A stretch of 64,000 nucleotides of DNA from an uncultured Gammaproteobacteria bacterium (GTDB lineage Bacteria > Patescibacteriota > Patescibacteriia > UBA2591 > UBA6264). The position numbers were made by a program, and so were the translations under genes. Position 1 is the first letter of the stretch, and each line of letters starts with the position of its first letter. The stretch is taken from positions 5,772 through 69,771 of the forward strand of contig CAZQVF010000007.1 in assembly GCA_964596735.1 (NCBI GenBank), given 5' to 3'. The notes beneath the pieces are model-generated. The model searched no databases. It saw only the letters and a list, made by a program, of their open reading frames with translations, and was not told the DNA's origin. Below, in pieces: positions 31,032 through 40,145 of this stretch.

Positions 31032-31958
31032 TTAATTATTAAGATATTTGTCTCGCCCCTCTTTCATTATTGAAACTTTATAAATACTATAGATTAGGAT
31101 TATTACTCCCGCCCATTGGGCCCAAGACAAGAGGTTGTTGCGGATCAAGTATTCAAATAAAATAGCAGAAAGAGGAAAAGCCAACTCGCAAATAGTAGAA
31201 ACCGAAGCAGTCACTTGTTTTAAACCATAATAATATAAGAAGATAGCCAGGCCACCAGTAGAAAAGACAATAATTAAAAAAGTAATAAATTGATGTAGGT
31301 TGATTTGATTAATATTATTTATATCTCCTGTCCCTATAACCACTAATAACATAATCAGAGAAGTTACGCCAAATCTCAGATAAGTACCTATTCTAAAGCT
31401 TATTTTTTGAATGGCTCGTTTACTAAAGACAGTTGAAGAGGCAAAAGAAAAAGCGGCTAATAAGGAAAATAAAGCAGCCGCAATTGTTTTTTCACCAGTA
31501 GAAAGATTTGGTGTTTCTAGGCCAAAGGTTACAAGATAACCACCAATAACCGCTAGACCAGCCCAAGCAAAGAATTTTTTAGGCAATTTTTCTTTGAGAA
31601 TTAACCAGGCTAGTAAGATGGCAAAAAGTGGTTGAAATTTTTGTAATAATATTACTATTGAAAGATTGACAAAGTTAACATAGAATAAGGCTTTGGTAAT
31701 GGCCATTGTTCCAATGGCTCCACCAAAAATAGCAACCCAAACAAAAGCTCCCCAATCACCCTTTTTAAGTTTTCTGACCTCTTTGAACTCTCTAATAAAA
31801 AATGGCAACATGACTAAAAAGGCCAAAGCATGTTCCACAAAAACCACCAGTGGTACGGGTAAACTATAAAGTGATGGTCTAAGGACTATACCGTCCAGGC
31901 CCCATAGAGCTGCAGCAATGACGATGAATAAGGGGGCTAATTTTTTTAAAATATGCAT
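31032..31958 (-). CDS. EamA/DMT-family transporter
   Basis: 308 aa, about 10 TM in two EamA-like halves. Confidence 0.65.
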   Translation of the reverse strand: MHILKKLAPLFIVIAAALWGLDGIVLRPSLYSLPVPLVVFVEHALAFLVMLPFFIREFKEVRKLKKGDWGAFVWVAIFGGAIGTMAITKALFYVNFVNLSIVILLQKFQPLFAILLAWLILKEKLPKKFFAWAGLAVIGGYLVTFGLETPNLSTGEKTIAAALFSLLAAFSFASSTVFSKRAIQKISFRIGTYLRFGVTSLIMLLVVIGTGDINNINQINLHQFITFLIIVFSTGGLAIFLYYYGLKQVTASVSTICELAFPLSAILFEYLIRNNLLSWAQWAGVIILIYSIYKVSIMKEGRDKYLNN

Positions 31959-31990
31959 AGATTAAAACAACTTATTTATATTATTAAATC

Positions 31991-33286
31991 TTATACGAGT
32001 TGTATTTTTGCACCCAGTTTGTTAAGGCGGTGATAAAGATCTTCATAGCCTCGGTTAATTGAATACATTTTTCTTAAAACAGAAGTGCCTTGAGCCGCAA
32101 GCATGGCAATGAGGATAATAGCGGCCGGCCTGAGAGCAGAGGGACAAATGATTTCTGTTCCTTTTAATTTTGCCGGACCTTTAATATAGACGCGATAAGG
32201 GTCGGCAAGGATAATTTTTGCTCCTAGTTTAGCCAATTCAGTGTAGTAAAGAGCCCGATGTTCATAGACCCAATCATGAATTAAGGTTTCCCCTTTGGCC
32301 TGAGTAGCAATGGGAACAAAAAACGGCAGGTTATCAATATTTAATCCTGGAAATGGCCGAGCATAGATTTTTTCTTCTAAAGCAGTTAATTTTGAAGGAT
32401 ATGTTTTAATGTCAACTAGCTTGGTAAAGCCGTTTCTAGCTTTATATTTTCTCAAAATCTTGAATTTAAAATTCATTTTTTCTAGTTTAAGTAATTCTAG
32501 CTCTAAGAATTCAATAGGACAGCGTTTAATGGTTAAAGCAGAATTTGTAGTGGCGGCTACTGCTAAAAAGAACATTGATTCAATTGGATCTTCACTTAAA
32601 TAATAGTTAATTGGTTTGTTAATATTTGGTTTTCCCTGAACAGTTAAGGTGGTCGTGCCAATCCCGGTTATTTTTACCCCTAATTTTAATAAAAAATAAC
32701 AGAGATCTTGAACCTGATAATTGGCAGAAGCCAGCTTAATTGTAGTTTTTCCATGAATTTTTGCTGCCGCCATTAAAACATTTTCTGTGGTTGTATCCCC
32801 TGATTCATATAAGACAATTTCGGCTGGCTTTAAACTAGTTTTAGAGATTTGATAAAACCTGGAAAGTGTTTTTATTTTTACCCCTAGTTTTTCTAAGGCA
32901 AATAAATGAGGGCGGACAGTTCTTAGTCCTAATTTACAACCGCCGGGCTGAGGAAGTTTAAAATTAGGAAGCAGATGAGTTAAGGGCCCCATAAGCATAA
33001 TAATACTCCTGGTTTTAATGGCTGCTTTATGGTCAAGATTGTTAATATTTATTTTTTTGGGGGGAATAATTTCTAAATCATTTTTATCAACCCAATCAAT
33101 CTTTATTTTCAAGCTTTTTAAAACCTCCATAATGCGGTTAACCTCTTCAATATGAGGGACGTTTTTTAAAACAGTTTTGTTTTTATTTAAAAGAGAGGCA
33201 CACATTAAAGCAACCGCGGCATTTTTTGAAGTGTTAGTAGTAACAGTTCCTTTTAATTTTTGACCTCCTTGGATTTTGAAATTCAT
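31991..33286 (-). CDS. murA: UDP-N-acetylglucosamine 1-carboxyvinyltransferase
   Basis: 431 aa EPSP-synthase fold; N-terminal KIQGGQKLKGTVTTNTSKNAAVALMCASLL matches the MurA start. Confidence 0.85.
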   Translation of the reverse strand: MNFKIQGGQKLKGTVTTNTSKNAAVALMCASLLNKNKTVLKNVPHIEEVNRIMEVLKSLKIKIDWVDKNDLEIIPPKKININNLDHKAAIKTRSIIMLMGPLTHLLPNFKLPQPGGCKLGLRTVRPHLFALEKLGVKIKTLSRFYQISKTSLKPAEIVLYESGDTTTENVLMAAAKIHGKTTIKLASANYQVQDLCYFLLKLGVKITGIGTTTLTVQGKPNINKPINYYLSEDPIESMFFLAVAATTNSALTIKRCPIEFLELELLKLEKMNFKFKILRKYKARNGFTKLVDIKTYPSKLTALEEKIYARPFPGLNIDNLPFFVPIATQAKGETLIHDWVYEHRALYYTELAKLGAKIILADPYRVYIKGPAKLKGTEIICPSALRPAAIILIAMLAAQGTSVLRKMYSINRGYEDLYHRLNKLGAKIQLV

Positions 33287-33306
33287 AAATTATCTAATTA
33301 ATATTA

Positions 33307-34191
33307 TCAATAACCAGTGAAAAGGCAACAAACCGTTCCAGACAAGGGCCATTTTGTTTTTCTGGCTTTAATTACTCCGGCCAAGGATAAGAGGGAATTA
33401 TATGCATTCATTGAAATACCCGTTTCAGTTTTTAATAATTTTTTAGCCTGTCTTAAGGATTGATCACTGATAATCCAGCCTGAGCCTAATGATTCTTGAA
33501 CCGCCTTGTTAATTTCTTGTTTTCTTAAGCCAATACGATCAACAATAGCCCCGGCCAATGAGGTTTTTCGAGGAGAAAATTGATGGTCAAAATTTCTAGT
33601 TAAGGGGTGAATTTTTTCAGTCTGGACCAGATGAATTTCTATTTTCTTTTTTAATTTTTTAAACCCTTGATGTAGCCCGAGGGCAGTAATACCAGAAGAA
33701 GTAGGAATAAAAACAGATTTTAAATTCGGAATTTGGCTTAATTCTTTGGCCAAAGAATAATAAGCTTGGGGAGCTGTTGGTTCAGTTGAACCACGCAAAA
33801 AAACTGCTTTATGTTTTTTAGAAAATAAAAAGGCCTGCTGTTTAGGTCTTAATACTTTTTTAATCTTAACATCTTGGCAGATGCCAATGGTTTTTTTCAA
33901 ACGTTGAATTTTTTCTACAGAAATATTTTTTGAAACAAAAATCATTAAACTACTCTTTGTTTTTACATATTTGGTAAGAAAATGAGCCGCAGCAATAGCT
34001 GCATTTCCTGAAGAAGAAATAACAAATTTTTTTTGATCTCTTTTTAAATGATCTTTAATGAGTTTTTCTAGTAACCTGATTTTATGGGAACCGGCTTCGT
34101 TTAAATATTCATGTTTAATCCAAAGACTAGGCAAACCAATTTTATTAGCCAGGCTAGGATATGATTTTTGTAAGGTTTTATTCATTGACAT
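33307..34191 (-). CDS. PLP-dependent enzyme, fold type II (threonine synthase/cysteine synthase-like)
   Basis: Lys-containing NEAGSHKIR and SSGNAAIAAA motifs of the Trp-synthase-beta superfamily. Confidence 0.5.
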   Translation of the reverse strand: MSMNKTLQKSYPSLANKIGLPSLWIKHEYLNEAGSHKIRLLEKLIKDHLKRDQKKFVISSSGNAAIAAAHFLTKYVKTKSSLMIFVSKNISVEKIQRLKKTIGICQDVKIKKVLRPKQQAFLFSKKHKAVFLRGSTEPTAPQAYYSLAKELSQIPNLKSVFIPTSSGITALGLHQGFKKLKKKIEIHLVQTEKIHPLTRNFDHQFSPRKTSLAGAIVDRIGLRKQEINKAVQESLGSGWIISDQSLRQAKKLLKTETGISMNAYNSLLSLAGVIKARKTKWPLSGTVCCLFTGY

Positions 34192-34209
34192 TAGTTGCTC
34201 TTTTTTTTA

Positions 34210-34320
34210 AAATTAAATTACCTTATTATTTATACAATTAATTTTTAATTTCAAGCTTTGCTTAATTTGAGCGTAGCGAAAATCAAGGTTCTGCGAACGC
34301 AGTGAGCAGGTCCTTATAAT
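34210..34320. repeat. Copy B of the conserved intergenic motif (carries a roughly 33-nt internal insertion)
   Basis: AAATTAAATTACCTTATTATTTATACAATTAATTTTTAATTTCAAG-[insertion]-GTTCTGCGAACGCAGtgagCAGGTCCTTATAAT, ending 7 nt before the ATG of the zinc-ribbon ORF. Confidence 0.7.
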
Positions 34321-34326
34321 AACTTT

Positions 34327-34497
34327 ATGAATTTAGTTTGTCCAGAATGTAAAAATAATATTGAGCTCCCTGGTTCAACAGATTTATCTGTGGGAAGTGT
34401 TTTAGAATGTAATACTTGTGGGATTACTCTTGAGGTAGGAAAGATTGACATTGACAATGAAAAAGTTAGCCTTGAGGTGATTGACGAAGGCAAGTAA
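34327..34497 (+). CDS. Small zinc-ribbon protein resembling the LysW/amino-group carrier protein family (56 aa), absent from the ORF track
   Basis: ATG...TAA ORF MNLVCPECKNNIELPGSTDLSVGSVLECNTCGITLEVGKIDIDNEKVSLEVIDEGK. The CPEC-x-IEL ... EC-x2-CG-x2-LEV pattern and acidic tail match the LysW architecture, but the C-terminus is DEGK, not EDWGE. Confidence 0.45.
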   Translation: MNLVCPECKNNIELPGSTDLSVGSVLECNTCGITLEVGKIDIDNEKVSLEVIDEGK

Positions 34498-35899
34498 TTG
34501 TTTGTTCTATCATTCCTCTAAAACCATGAGAACCGAGAAAAATAACCACATCTTTTGGTTTAACTTCGTTGACTAAGAAATCAACTAATTTGTCATCATC
34601 CTCTAAATAAAGAACTTTTGTTTCTTTATTTTTTTGTCTAATAATATTTGCCAATTCTTGTCCATCCATTCTTTTCTCTTGATGAGCATCAGTCTTGGTT
34701 TTGGATAAACGAGGAATAATTAAATAATCAGCTTGATTAAAAACATGAGAATAAAATTTCTGACTACTAATAGTACGATTACCCACATTGGGCTCATAAA
34801 CAGCAAATATTTTTGCTTGAGGAAAATGTTTTCTCACCGCCATTAAACTAACCTGAGCTTTACTTGGAGAATGAGCGATGTCATCAATAATCTTAACTTC
34901 ATTTACTTTGTCTCTTATTTCTAGACGACGTTTGACCCCTTGGAAGCCAGCTACTGATTTTTTAATTATGTTCAAATCAATTCCTATATTATGGGCCAAG
35001 GCAATACCAGAGGATAAATTTTCAATCAAATGTTCTCCCAACAAAGAGGTGGTGAATTTACTTAAAATTTTCCCATTGCAGTAAATAGTAAATTCAGAAG
35101 AACCTTTTTTTAAAGAGTTTATTTCATAAGTATAGTTTTTATCACTAAATTTTAAACCCTTTTTACCATAGCGAGTAATTTCAGCCTTAGTTTGACTAAC
35201 AATCTTATCTATTTTTTGATCATTTTCTCTCTGAGCAGCAATAATTTGTCCATTTTGGGGAATTAATTTAATAAGCTCTTGGAAGACTTGATTATATTTT
35301 TTTTCTGTAGGAAAAACATCTAGATGATCCCAAACAATAGAAGTCAAAATTAAGTGAGTGGGTTTGTATAAAAAGAATTTTGGATAAGGATCCCAGCGAG
35401 CCGTAGTATATTCATCTCCCTCAACAATACTCCAATTACCCTGATTGTTTTCAGCTCCAGAGTCAAGGTTTTTTGCCAGACCACCGACAAACCAACTTGG
35501 GTTTAAATCAGCCTTTTTAAATAAATGAGCCAGAAAGGCAGCAATAGTAGTTTTGCCATAAGTTCCGGTAATGACAATGGAATTCTTTTTAATAATATAC
35601 TGAGCCACTATTTCAGGATAAGATTTAATGGTTAAATTTTTTTCTTTAGAAAACAAGTATTCAGGGTTTTTTAAAGAGATAAAATTACCAACAACAACTA
35701 TTTCTGGTTGATTCATCTTTTCTGGATGCCAGCCAGGGTAAAAGTCAATTTGATGTTCTTTTAGAAAATCACTAATGGGAGGAAAGAATCCTTTATCAGA
35801 GCCGGTTACCTGCCAACCCATTTTTTTCATCATAACAGCAATGGCGCCCATGCCGACGCCACATATTCCAATAAAATGAATGTGTTTTTGTTCTGTCAT
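34466..35899 (-). CDS. Mur ligase family enzyme, Mpl/MurC-like (UDP-MurNAc:peptide or L-Ala ligase)
   Basis: N-terminal IHFIGICGVGMGAIA ... FFPPISDFL (Mpl-like) and P-loop GTYGKTTIAAFLAHLF. Confidence 0.75.
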   Translation of the reverse strand: MTEQKHIHFIGICGVGMGAIAVMMKKMGWQVTGSDKGFFPPISDFLKEHQIDFYPGWHPEKMNQPEIVVVGNFISLKNPEYLFSKEKNLTIKSYPEIVAQYIIKKNSIVITGTYGKTTIAAFLAHLFKKADLNPSWFVGGLAKNLDSGAENNQGNWSIVEGDEYTTARWDPYPKFFLYKPTHLILTSIVWDHLDVFPTEKKYNQVFQELIKLIPQNGQIIAAQRENDQKIDKIVSQTKAEITRYGKKGLKFSDKNYTYEINSLKKGSSEFTIYCNGKILSKFTTSLLGEHLIENLSSGIALAHNIGIDLNIIKKSVAGFQGVKRRLEIRDKVNEVKIIDDIAHSPSKAQVSLMAVRKHFPQAKIFAVYEPNVGNRTISSQKFYSHVFNQADYLIIPRLSKTKTDAHQEKRMDGQELANIIRQKNKETKVLYLEDDDKLVDFLVNEVKPKDVVIFLGSHGFRGMIEQTITCLRQSPQG

Positions 35900-35900
35900 T

Positions 35901-37010
35901 TTAAATAAATAAATTTGTCCAATCTTTTGGCCAGCGAATTAAGTCAGTTGTTGGCAACCCGGTTTCTTTCTCTGTTCTTTTAATTACTTCTTTAGCTTGT
36001 TTTTCTTCTAAGCCCTGAGTATTTAAGGCAATAGCGACTACTTTTGTGTTTCTAAAATTAGGGAGAACAGATTTTTCATAGGCATAAATAGCATTTTTGA
36101 TTTCTGGTAATGGCAGTAATTGACATCCAGTAATTCTTTTCCTTTGTGGTCGATGAACCAAAACTAAGTGGGTTGGGCAGGCGCCGTGAATTAGAGCTAG
36201 AGAAGTTGTTGAATAAGCCGGATGAAACAATGAGCCCTGTCCCTCAATAAAATAAATATCGGGATTGTCTTTTTCTTTTTCTAAAATCATTTTTTCAACT
36301 GCTCCGGCCATAAAGTCGCCTTCACATTTATCAACAGTAATGCCCCAGCCCTCAATCATAATAGCGGTTTGTCCGGTGGGAATAAGACAGGGCTTTAATC
36401 CTTTATTCTTGATCATCTTTACTAATTCATAAGTAGCGGTTAACTTACCAATAGCGGCGTCAGTCCCCACAGTCAAAACAATGGGTTTTTTTATTTGATA
36501 GGCTTGACAACTAGCCAGAGGGAGGTTTTGAGGAGGAATTCTTGTTTCCCAAATTTTTCTTTTTTCTTTTTCGGCTGCTTTTTTAAGTTGAGGAAAAGAA
36601 CAGAGAGGGGAATGCATGCCACTGACAATATCAAGTCCATTTTCTAAGGCCCAGCATAAATCATTAAGGAAGAGTTTGGGCAACTGCCCTCCTTCAGGAG
36701 CAATGCCAATAACTAAAGTATTGGCATTGGTTTTTTCCTTGGCTTCTTGAATGGTTTTAAAAATAGGAATTTTTTTGTTTGTTTTTAAAATTGTTGAGAC
36801 ATCTGTTTTTTTGCACTGAGAGTCAATTACTCCAACTACCCTATATTGAGCATAGCGTAAAATTCCATCAGCTGTTTTCGCTCGCGAAGGCATTTTCCCC
36901 CGCATCTTTAAATTAAAAGCTCCTTCAACATAAATCAAAATAGACCTGTTTTTGTCATTAAGATTTATAGATGTGTTTAAAATAAGAGATTTTAATGCAT
37001 TGCTAGCCAT
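35901..37010 (-). CDS. Uncharacterized P-loop protein, DUF1611-like
   Basis: Rossmann-like N-terminal half and VLTVGTDAAIGKLTAT P-loop; resemblance to DUF1611 is from memory only. Confidence 0.35.
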   Translation of the reverse strand: MASNALKSLILNTSINLNDKNRSILIYVEGAFNLKMRGKMPSRAKTADGILRYAQYRVVGVIDSQCKKTDVSTILKTNKKIPIFKTIQEAKEKTNANTLVIGIAPEGGQLPKLFLNDLCWALENGLDIVSGMHSPLCSFPQLKKAAEKEKRKIWETRIPPQNLPLASCQAYQIKKPIVLTVGTDAAIGKLTATYELVKMIKNKGLKPCLIPTGQTAIMIEGWGITVDKCEGDFMAGAVEKMILEKEKDNPDIYFIEGQGSLFHPAYSTTSLALIHGACPTHLVLVHRPQRKRITGCQLLPLPEIKNAIYAYEKSVLPNFRNTKVVAIALNTQGLEEKQAKEVIKRTEKETGLPTTDLIRWPKDWTNLFI

Positions 37011-38119
37011 AAGCCAATAATAACCATAAATGAATTAATAAGCCAAAAGCGCATTACTATTTTTTCTTCACTCCAACCATGAAATTCTAAATGATGGTGG
37101 AGGGGAGCCATTTTAAAAAGGCGGCGGCCCAAACCATAGCGCCAAAAAGTTTGTAAAATTACAGAGAAAATTTCAAGCAAAAAGATAAACCCAAAAAACG
37201 GGATTAACATTAAACGATTTTGGGCAAGCATCATTACGGCAAACAAAGAGCCCATGGCTAAAGAGCCAACGTCACCCATTTGAAAACGAGCCGGTTTAAT
37301 ATTAAAATAAACATAAGCAATCAAAGCTCCAATAACTGTGGCGTTTAAAACAGAGAACGGAAGACTTCCTTGAAAATAACTTAAAATAGCTAATCCACCA
37401 AAGGCAGAGATTAAAACTCCTCCAGAAAGCCCATCAAGACCATCAGAAATATTAACAGCATTGGCAAGGAAAACAACAATAAAAATAATAATAGGGAGCA
37501 TCCAATAACCTAAGAAGATTTCACCATTAAAAGGAATCCACACATAAAGCCATTCTTCACCCAATTTAAAAACAATCCACCAGGCCGTAATCGCTCCGGC
37601 AGTAATTTGTAAAAGGATTTTTTCATGAGGCAAAACCCCGCGGTTTGGTTGAGGACTAAAAATATGAAAACTGTTGCGGAATATTATCCAAGGCAGAGTA
37701 ATGGCTAAGTAAGAACGATACAGGATATTTTTATGAACCTTAATTAATTTAAAGGTCATTTTTAAAGAACGGACATGCCGTTTTTTGCCAAAAACATTTA
37801 ATACATCGTCCCAAGCTCCTAAAACAGCGGCTAAACACATTACGCCGATAGGGACATAAGTAAATCTTTGATCCCAATTAAAAATAACAGTAACAACTAA
37901 AATTGTAATTACTATTAATAAACCACCCATAATGGGCGTGCCAGTTTTCTCTGTTCGATGACCAATTCCCTTGGCCAAACCAACTTCAAAAGTTCTTTTA
38001 ATTTTAAATCTTTCTAATAAACGAATCAACAAAGGAGCGCCAATAAACGCTACTAAACCAGAAAAAATAACAAAAACTAGGGTCGTGTTTAAGATAGAAT
38101 GATTTAAAATATCAGTCAT
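36992..38119 (-). CDS. mraY: Phospho-N-acetylmuramoyl-pentapeptide transferase (MraY-type GT4 polyprenyl-phosphate transferase)
   Basis: 375 aa polytopic; KTGTPIMGG and NISDGLDGLSGG motifs characteristic of MraY. Confidence 0.7.
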   Translation of the reverse strand: MTDILNHSILNTTLVFVIFSGLVAFIGAPLLIRLLERFKIKRTFEVGLAKGIGHRTEKTGTPIMGGLLIVITILVVTVIFNWDQRFTYVPIGVMCLAAVLGAWDDVLNVFGKKRHVRSLKMTFKLIKVHKNILYRSYLAITLPWIIFRNSFHIFSPQPNRGVLPHEKILLQITAGAITAWWIVFKLGEEWLYVWIPFNGEIFLGYWMLPIIIFIVVFLANAVNISDGLDGLSGGVLISAFGGLAILSYFQGSLPFSVLNATVIGALIAYVYFNIKPARFQMGDVGSLAMGSLFAVMMLAQNRLMLIPFFGFIFLLEIFSVILQTFWRYGLGRRLFKMAPLHHHLEFHGWSEEKIVMRFWLINSFMVIIGLWLAMH

Positions 38120-38121
38120 AG

Positions 38122-38835
38122 TTAAAATTTTAACCGTCGAATTACTATTTCATCGTTCATTTTTTCACTTAATTCTTTTAAGCCACTTTTCTCTAAGAGA
38201 ATAGTATTTTGAAATACCCCTGGACCAAAATAATCTCTTTGTTTTGGTCTGGGAGCATGAACATAGACAATTTTTTTAATTTGGTTATTTTCTTTTTTTA
38301 CCTTTGTTATTAAGTAAACATGTCTGAGGTCGGTGCGAATTAACATATCATCTGGTTTAATTTTTTGAAAATCATTAATCAGAAAACTATTTTTGTCATT
38401 AGCGAGAACGCGAACACTGATATTTTCTATTGGCCTGAGCCAAGCAATAAGCCAGCGCCAGGGATTTCTAAAAAACGAAATGATTTTTATTTTTTTTAAA
38501 ATATTTATTTTTTTGTTTTCTTGATAAACAGCTTGAAGAACATAAATGGCCAGACCAGAACAATCAATCCCAAGATTATGTTCAACTAAAAATTGGTAAA
38601 GCCTTTGCTCTGATAATTTGTTTAAATCAACTTCTTCTTTTAAACTAACGAAATTTGCTTCATTAATAATTTCTTGAGCTGAAGCCTTGCCCAGGAATAC
38701 TCTCAAGGCGGCTCTTTGTTTTTTTAAATTAGTATAATAAGGACAAATAATGGGCTTGCCGCCAATAACCATTTTTAAATATGAATCAATAATCTTTTGG
38801 CCAGACTCTGGAATTTTAAATGTTTGTTCATTCAT
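38122..38835 (-). CDS. Hypothetical protein, possibly NlpC/P60-like papain-fold hydrolase
   Basis: GIDCSGLAIYVL (Cys) ... DDMLIRTDLRHVYLI (His) ... YVHAP spacing resembles the NlpC/P60 Cys-His-His triad; weak. Confidence 0.35.
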   Translation of the reverse strand: MNEQTFKIPESGQKIIDSYLKMVIGGKPIICPYYTNLKKQRAALRVFLGKASAQEIINEANFVSLKEEVDLNKLSEQRLYQFLVEHNLGIDCSGLAIYVLQAVYQENKKINILKKIKIISFFRNPWRWLIAWLRPIENISVRVLANDKNSFLINDFQKIKPDDMLIRTDLRHVYLITKVKKENNQIKKIVYVHAPRPKQRDYFGPGVFQNTILLEKSGLKELSEKMNDEIVIRRLKF

Positions 38836-40010
38836 TTGAAGTTTTTTAGCAATTGTTTGGCAAAGGTGTTTAATTGATTGTTTTTAGTAATAAATCCGGT
38901 TTTAAGATTTTGAATTCTAAATAATTCAGTATTGTGTTTTTCTGTTTTTAAATCACCCTTAATTATTTTAATATCTGAATAGTTAATTTTTTTAAATTTA
39001 AGGCTATTTTTATTCTTTTTTCTAATAATAATCTGAGCTCCGCGATTAATTCTTTGAAAAGATTTTTCAATCTGTTCACCGGTTCCAGGTAAGGGCAGAT
39101 GTAATAAAGCAGCGACATGAGCGGCAAAGATGGTAATTCCCTTGCCTTGTTTTTTTTGTAAAGCGGTTTCTAAACCAGTTGAGGCTGGTTGCCGGGCATT
39201 GATTTCAATAACCAGCCATTTTTTTCCTTTGATAAAATCAATACCAAACAACCCTTGCCAACCATTTTTAATCATAGCTTGTCCAATTTTTTCAGACAAG
39301 GCTTTAATTGTTTTAAAATCGTTTGAATTAAGAGTTTTTTGAGCTAGAGACCAATCATTGCCTGTTGTAGAATAAGGAAAATCAGTTAACTGTTTTAAGC
39401 CGGTTATTTGATAACTAGGAGTGCCGATTAAAACGCATTTTTGCCAAAGACAAATACTGACGGTAATAGCGGGGCTGTTGATAAATTGAGTACATTTTAT
39501 TTGTCTTTGAGGAAATTTTTCAATTAACTCTTTCCATTGTTTGGCTTGAGAAATTAAAAGAGTACCCTGGCCAGTATGGCTACGGTTGAATTGACCAATA
39601 AATGAAGACCCCAGGGTTTTTTTTAATTTTTGAAAAGAACTTTTATTTGGAGTAGTAATAACTGTTTTTGGTAAACTTGCAGGAATAATTGTTTTTAGCC
39701 ATTTGTATTGGCTAATCTTATTTTCATATTTTTCCACTAAATGATAATCTGGATTTAAAAGTTTTAATTTTTTTTGTTTAGCTAGTCTTTGAATTTTTAC
39801 ATTGTTTTTAAAAACAATAATAGAGCTGAGGGGTAAAGTTTTTTTTTCTAAAATCTCTGTCGTATCTTTGGGAGGAGTATTGGTAACAGTTTTGTAATTT
39901 ACTAACCTACCTAAACCAGAGGCTCTTTCTTTCTCTCGGGTAATATAAAATAAAGGTTTTTTTGAAATTCTTTTTTTAATTTGATTGAGAATTTGTTTAT
40001 TAGTAATCAT
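38832..40010 (-). CDS. ATP-grasp domain protein (not recognisably Ddl)
   Basis: C-terminal GWQGLFGIDFIKGKKWLVIEINARQ typical of the ATP-grasp C-domain; no GEDG Ddl motif. Confidence 0.5.
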   Translation of the reverse strand: MITNKQILNQIKKRISKKPLFYITREKERASGLGRLVNYKTVTNTPPKDTTEILEKKTLPLSSIIVFKNNVKIQRLAKQKKLKLLNPDYHLVEKYENKISQYKWLKTIIPASLPKTVITTPNKSSFQKLKKTLGSSFIGQFNRSHTGQGTLLISQAKQWKELIEKFPQRQIKCTQFINSPAITVSICLWQKCVLIGTPSYQITGLKQLTDFPYSTTGNDWSLAQKTLNSNDFKTIKALSEKIGQAMIKNGWQGLFGIDFIKGKKWLVIEINARQPASTGLETALQKKQGKGITIFAAHVAALLHLPLPGTGEQIEKSFQRINRGAQIIIRKKNKNSLKFKKINYSDIKIIKGDLKTEKHNTELFRIQNLKTGFITKNNQLNTFAKQLLKNFK

Positions 40011-40145
40011 GGGTGGTGTTTGTTTAACTTTATAGAATATAAAATTTTTCTACAGGTACAATAATTACCAAGATTCCAATTATACTTCCGATTCCTAGAG
40101 CGCCAATAAGTGAGATAGCTTGTATTAAATCCATAAAAAGTAGAT

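Noticed and set aside
34878-35084. Short antisense ORFs inside well-supported genes (for example 1729-1941, 2635-2907, 2953-3162, 6459-6695, 6996-7208, 34878-35084, 39130-39342, 44032-44220, 49809-50140, 54250-55009)
   Set aside because: Each lies wholly within, and opposite to, a longer ORF with clear family motifs. No independent evidence supports them, and AT-rich genomes generate many such frames.
38832-40010. Calling the ATP-grasp protein D-alanine--D-alanine ligase (Ddl) because of the MraY/Mur ligase context
   Set aside because: It is about 390 aa with a long non-homologous N-terminal region, and it lacks Ddl-typical N-terminal motifs. Only the generic ATP-grasp C-domain pattern is evident.
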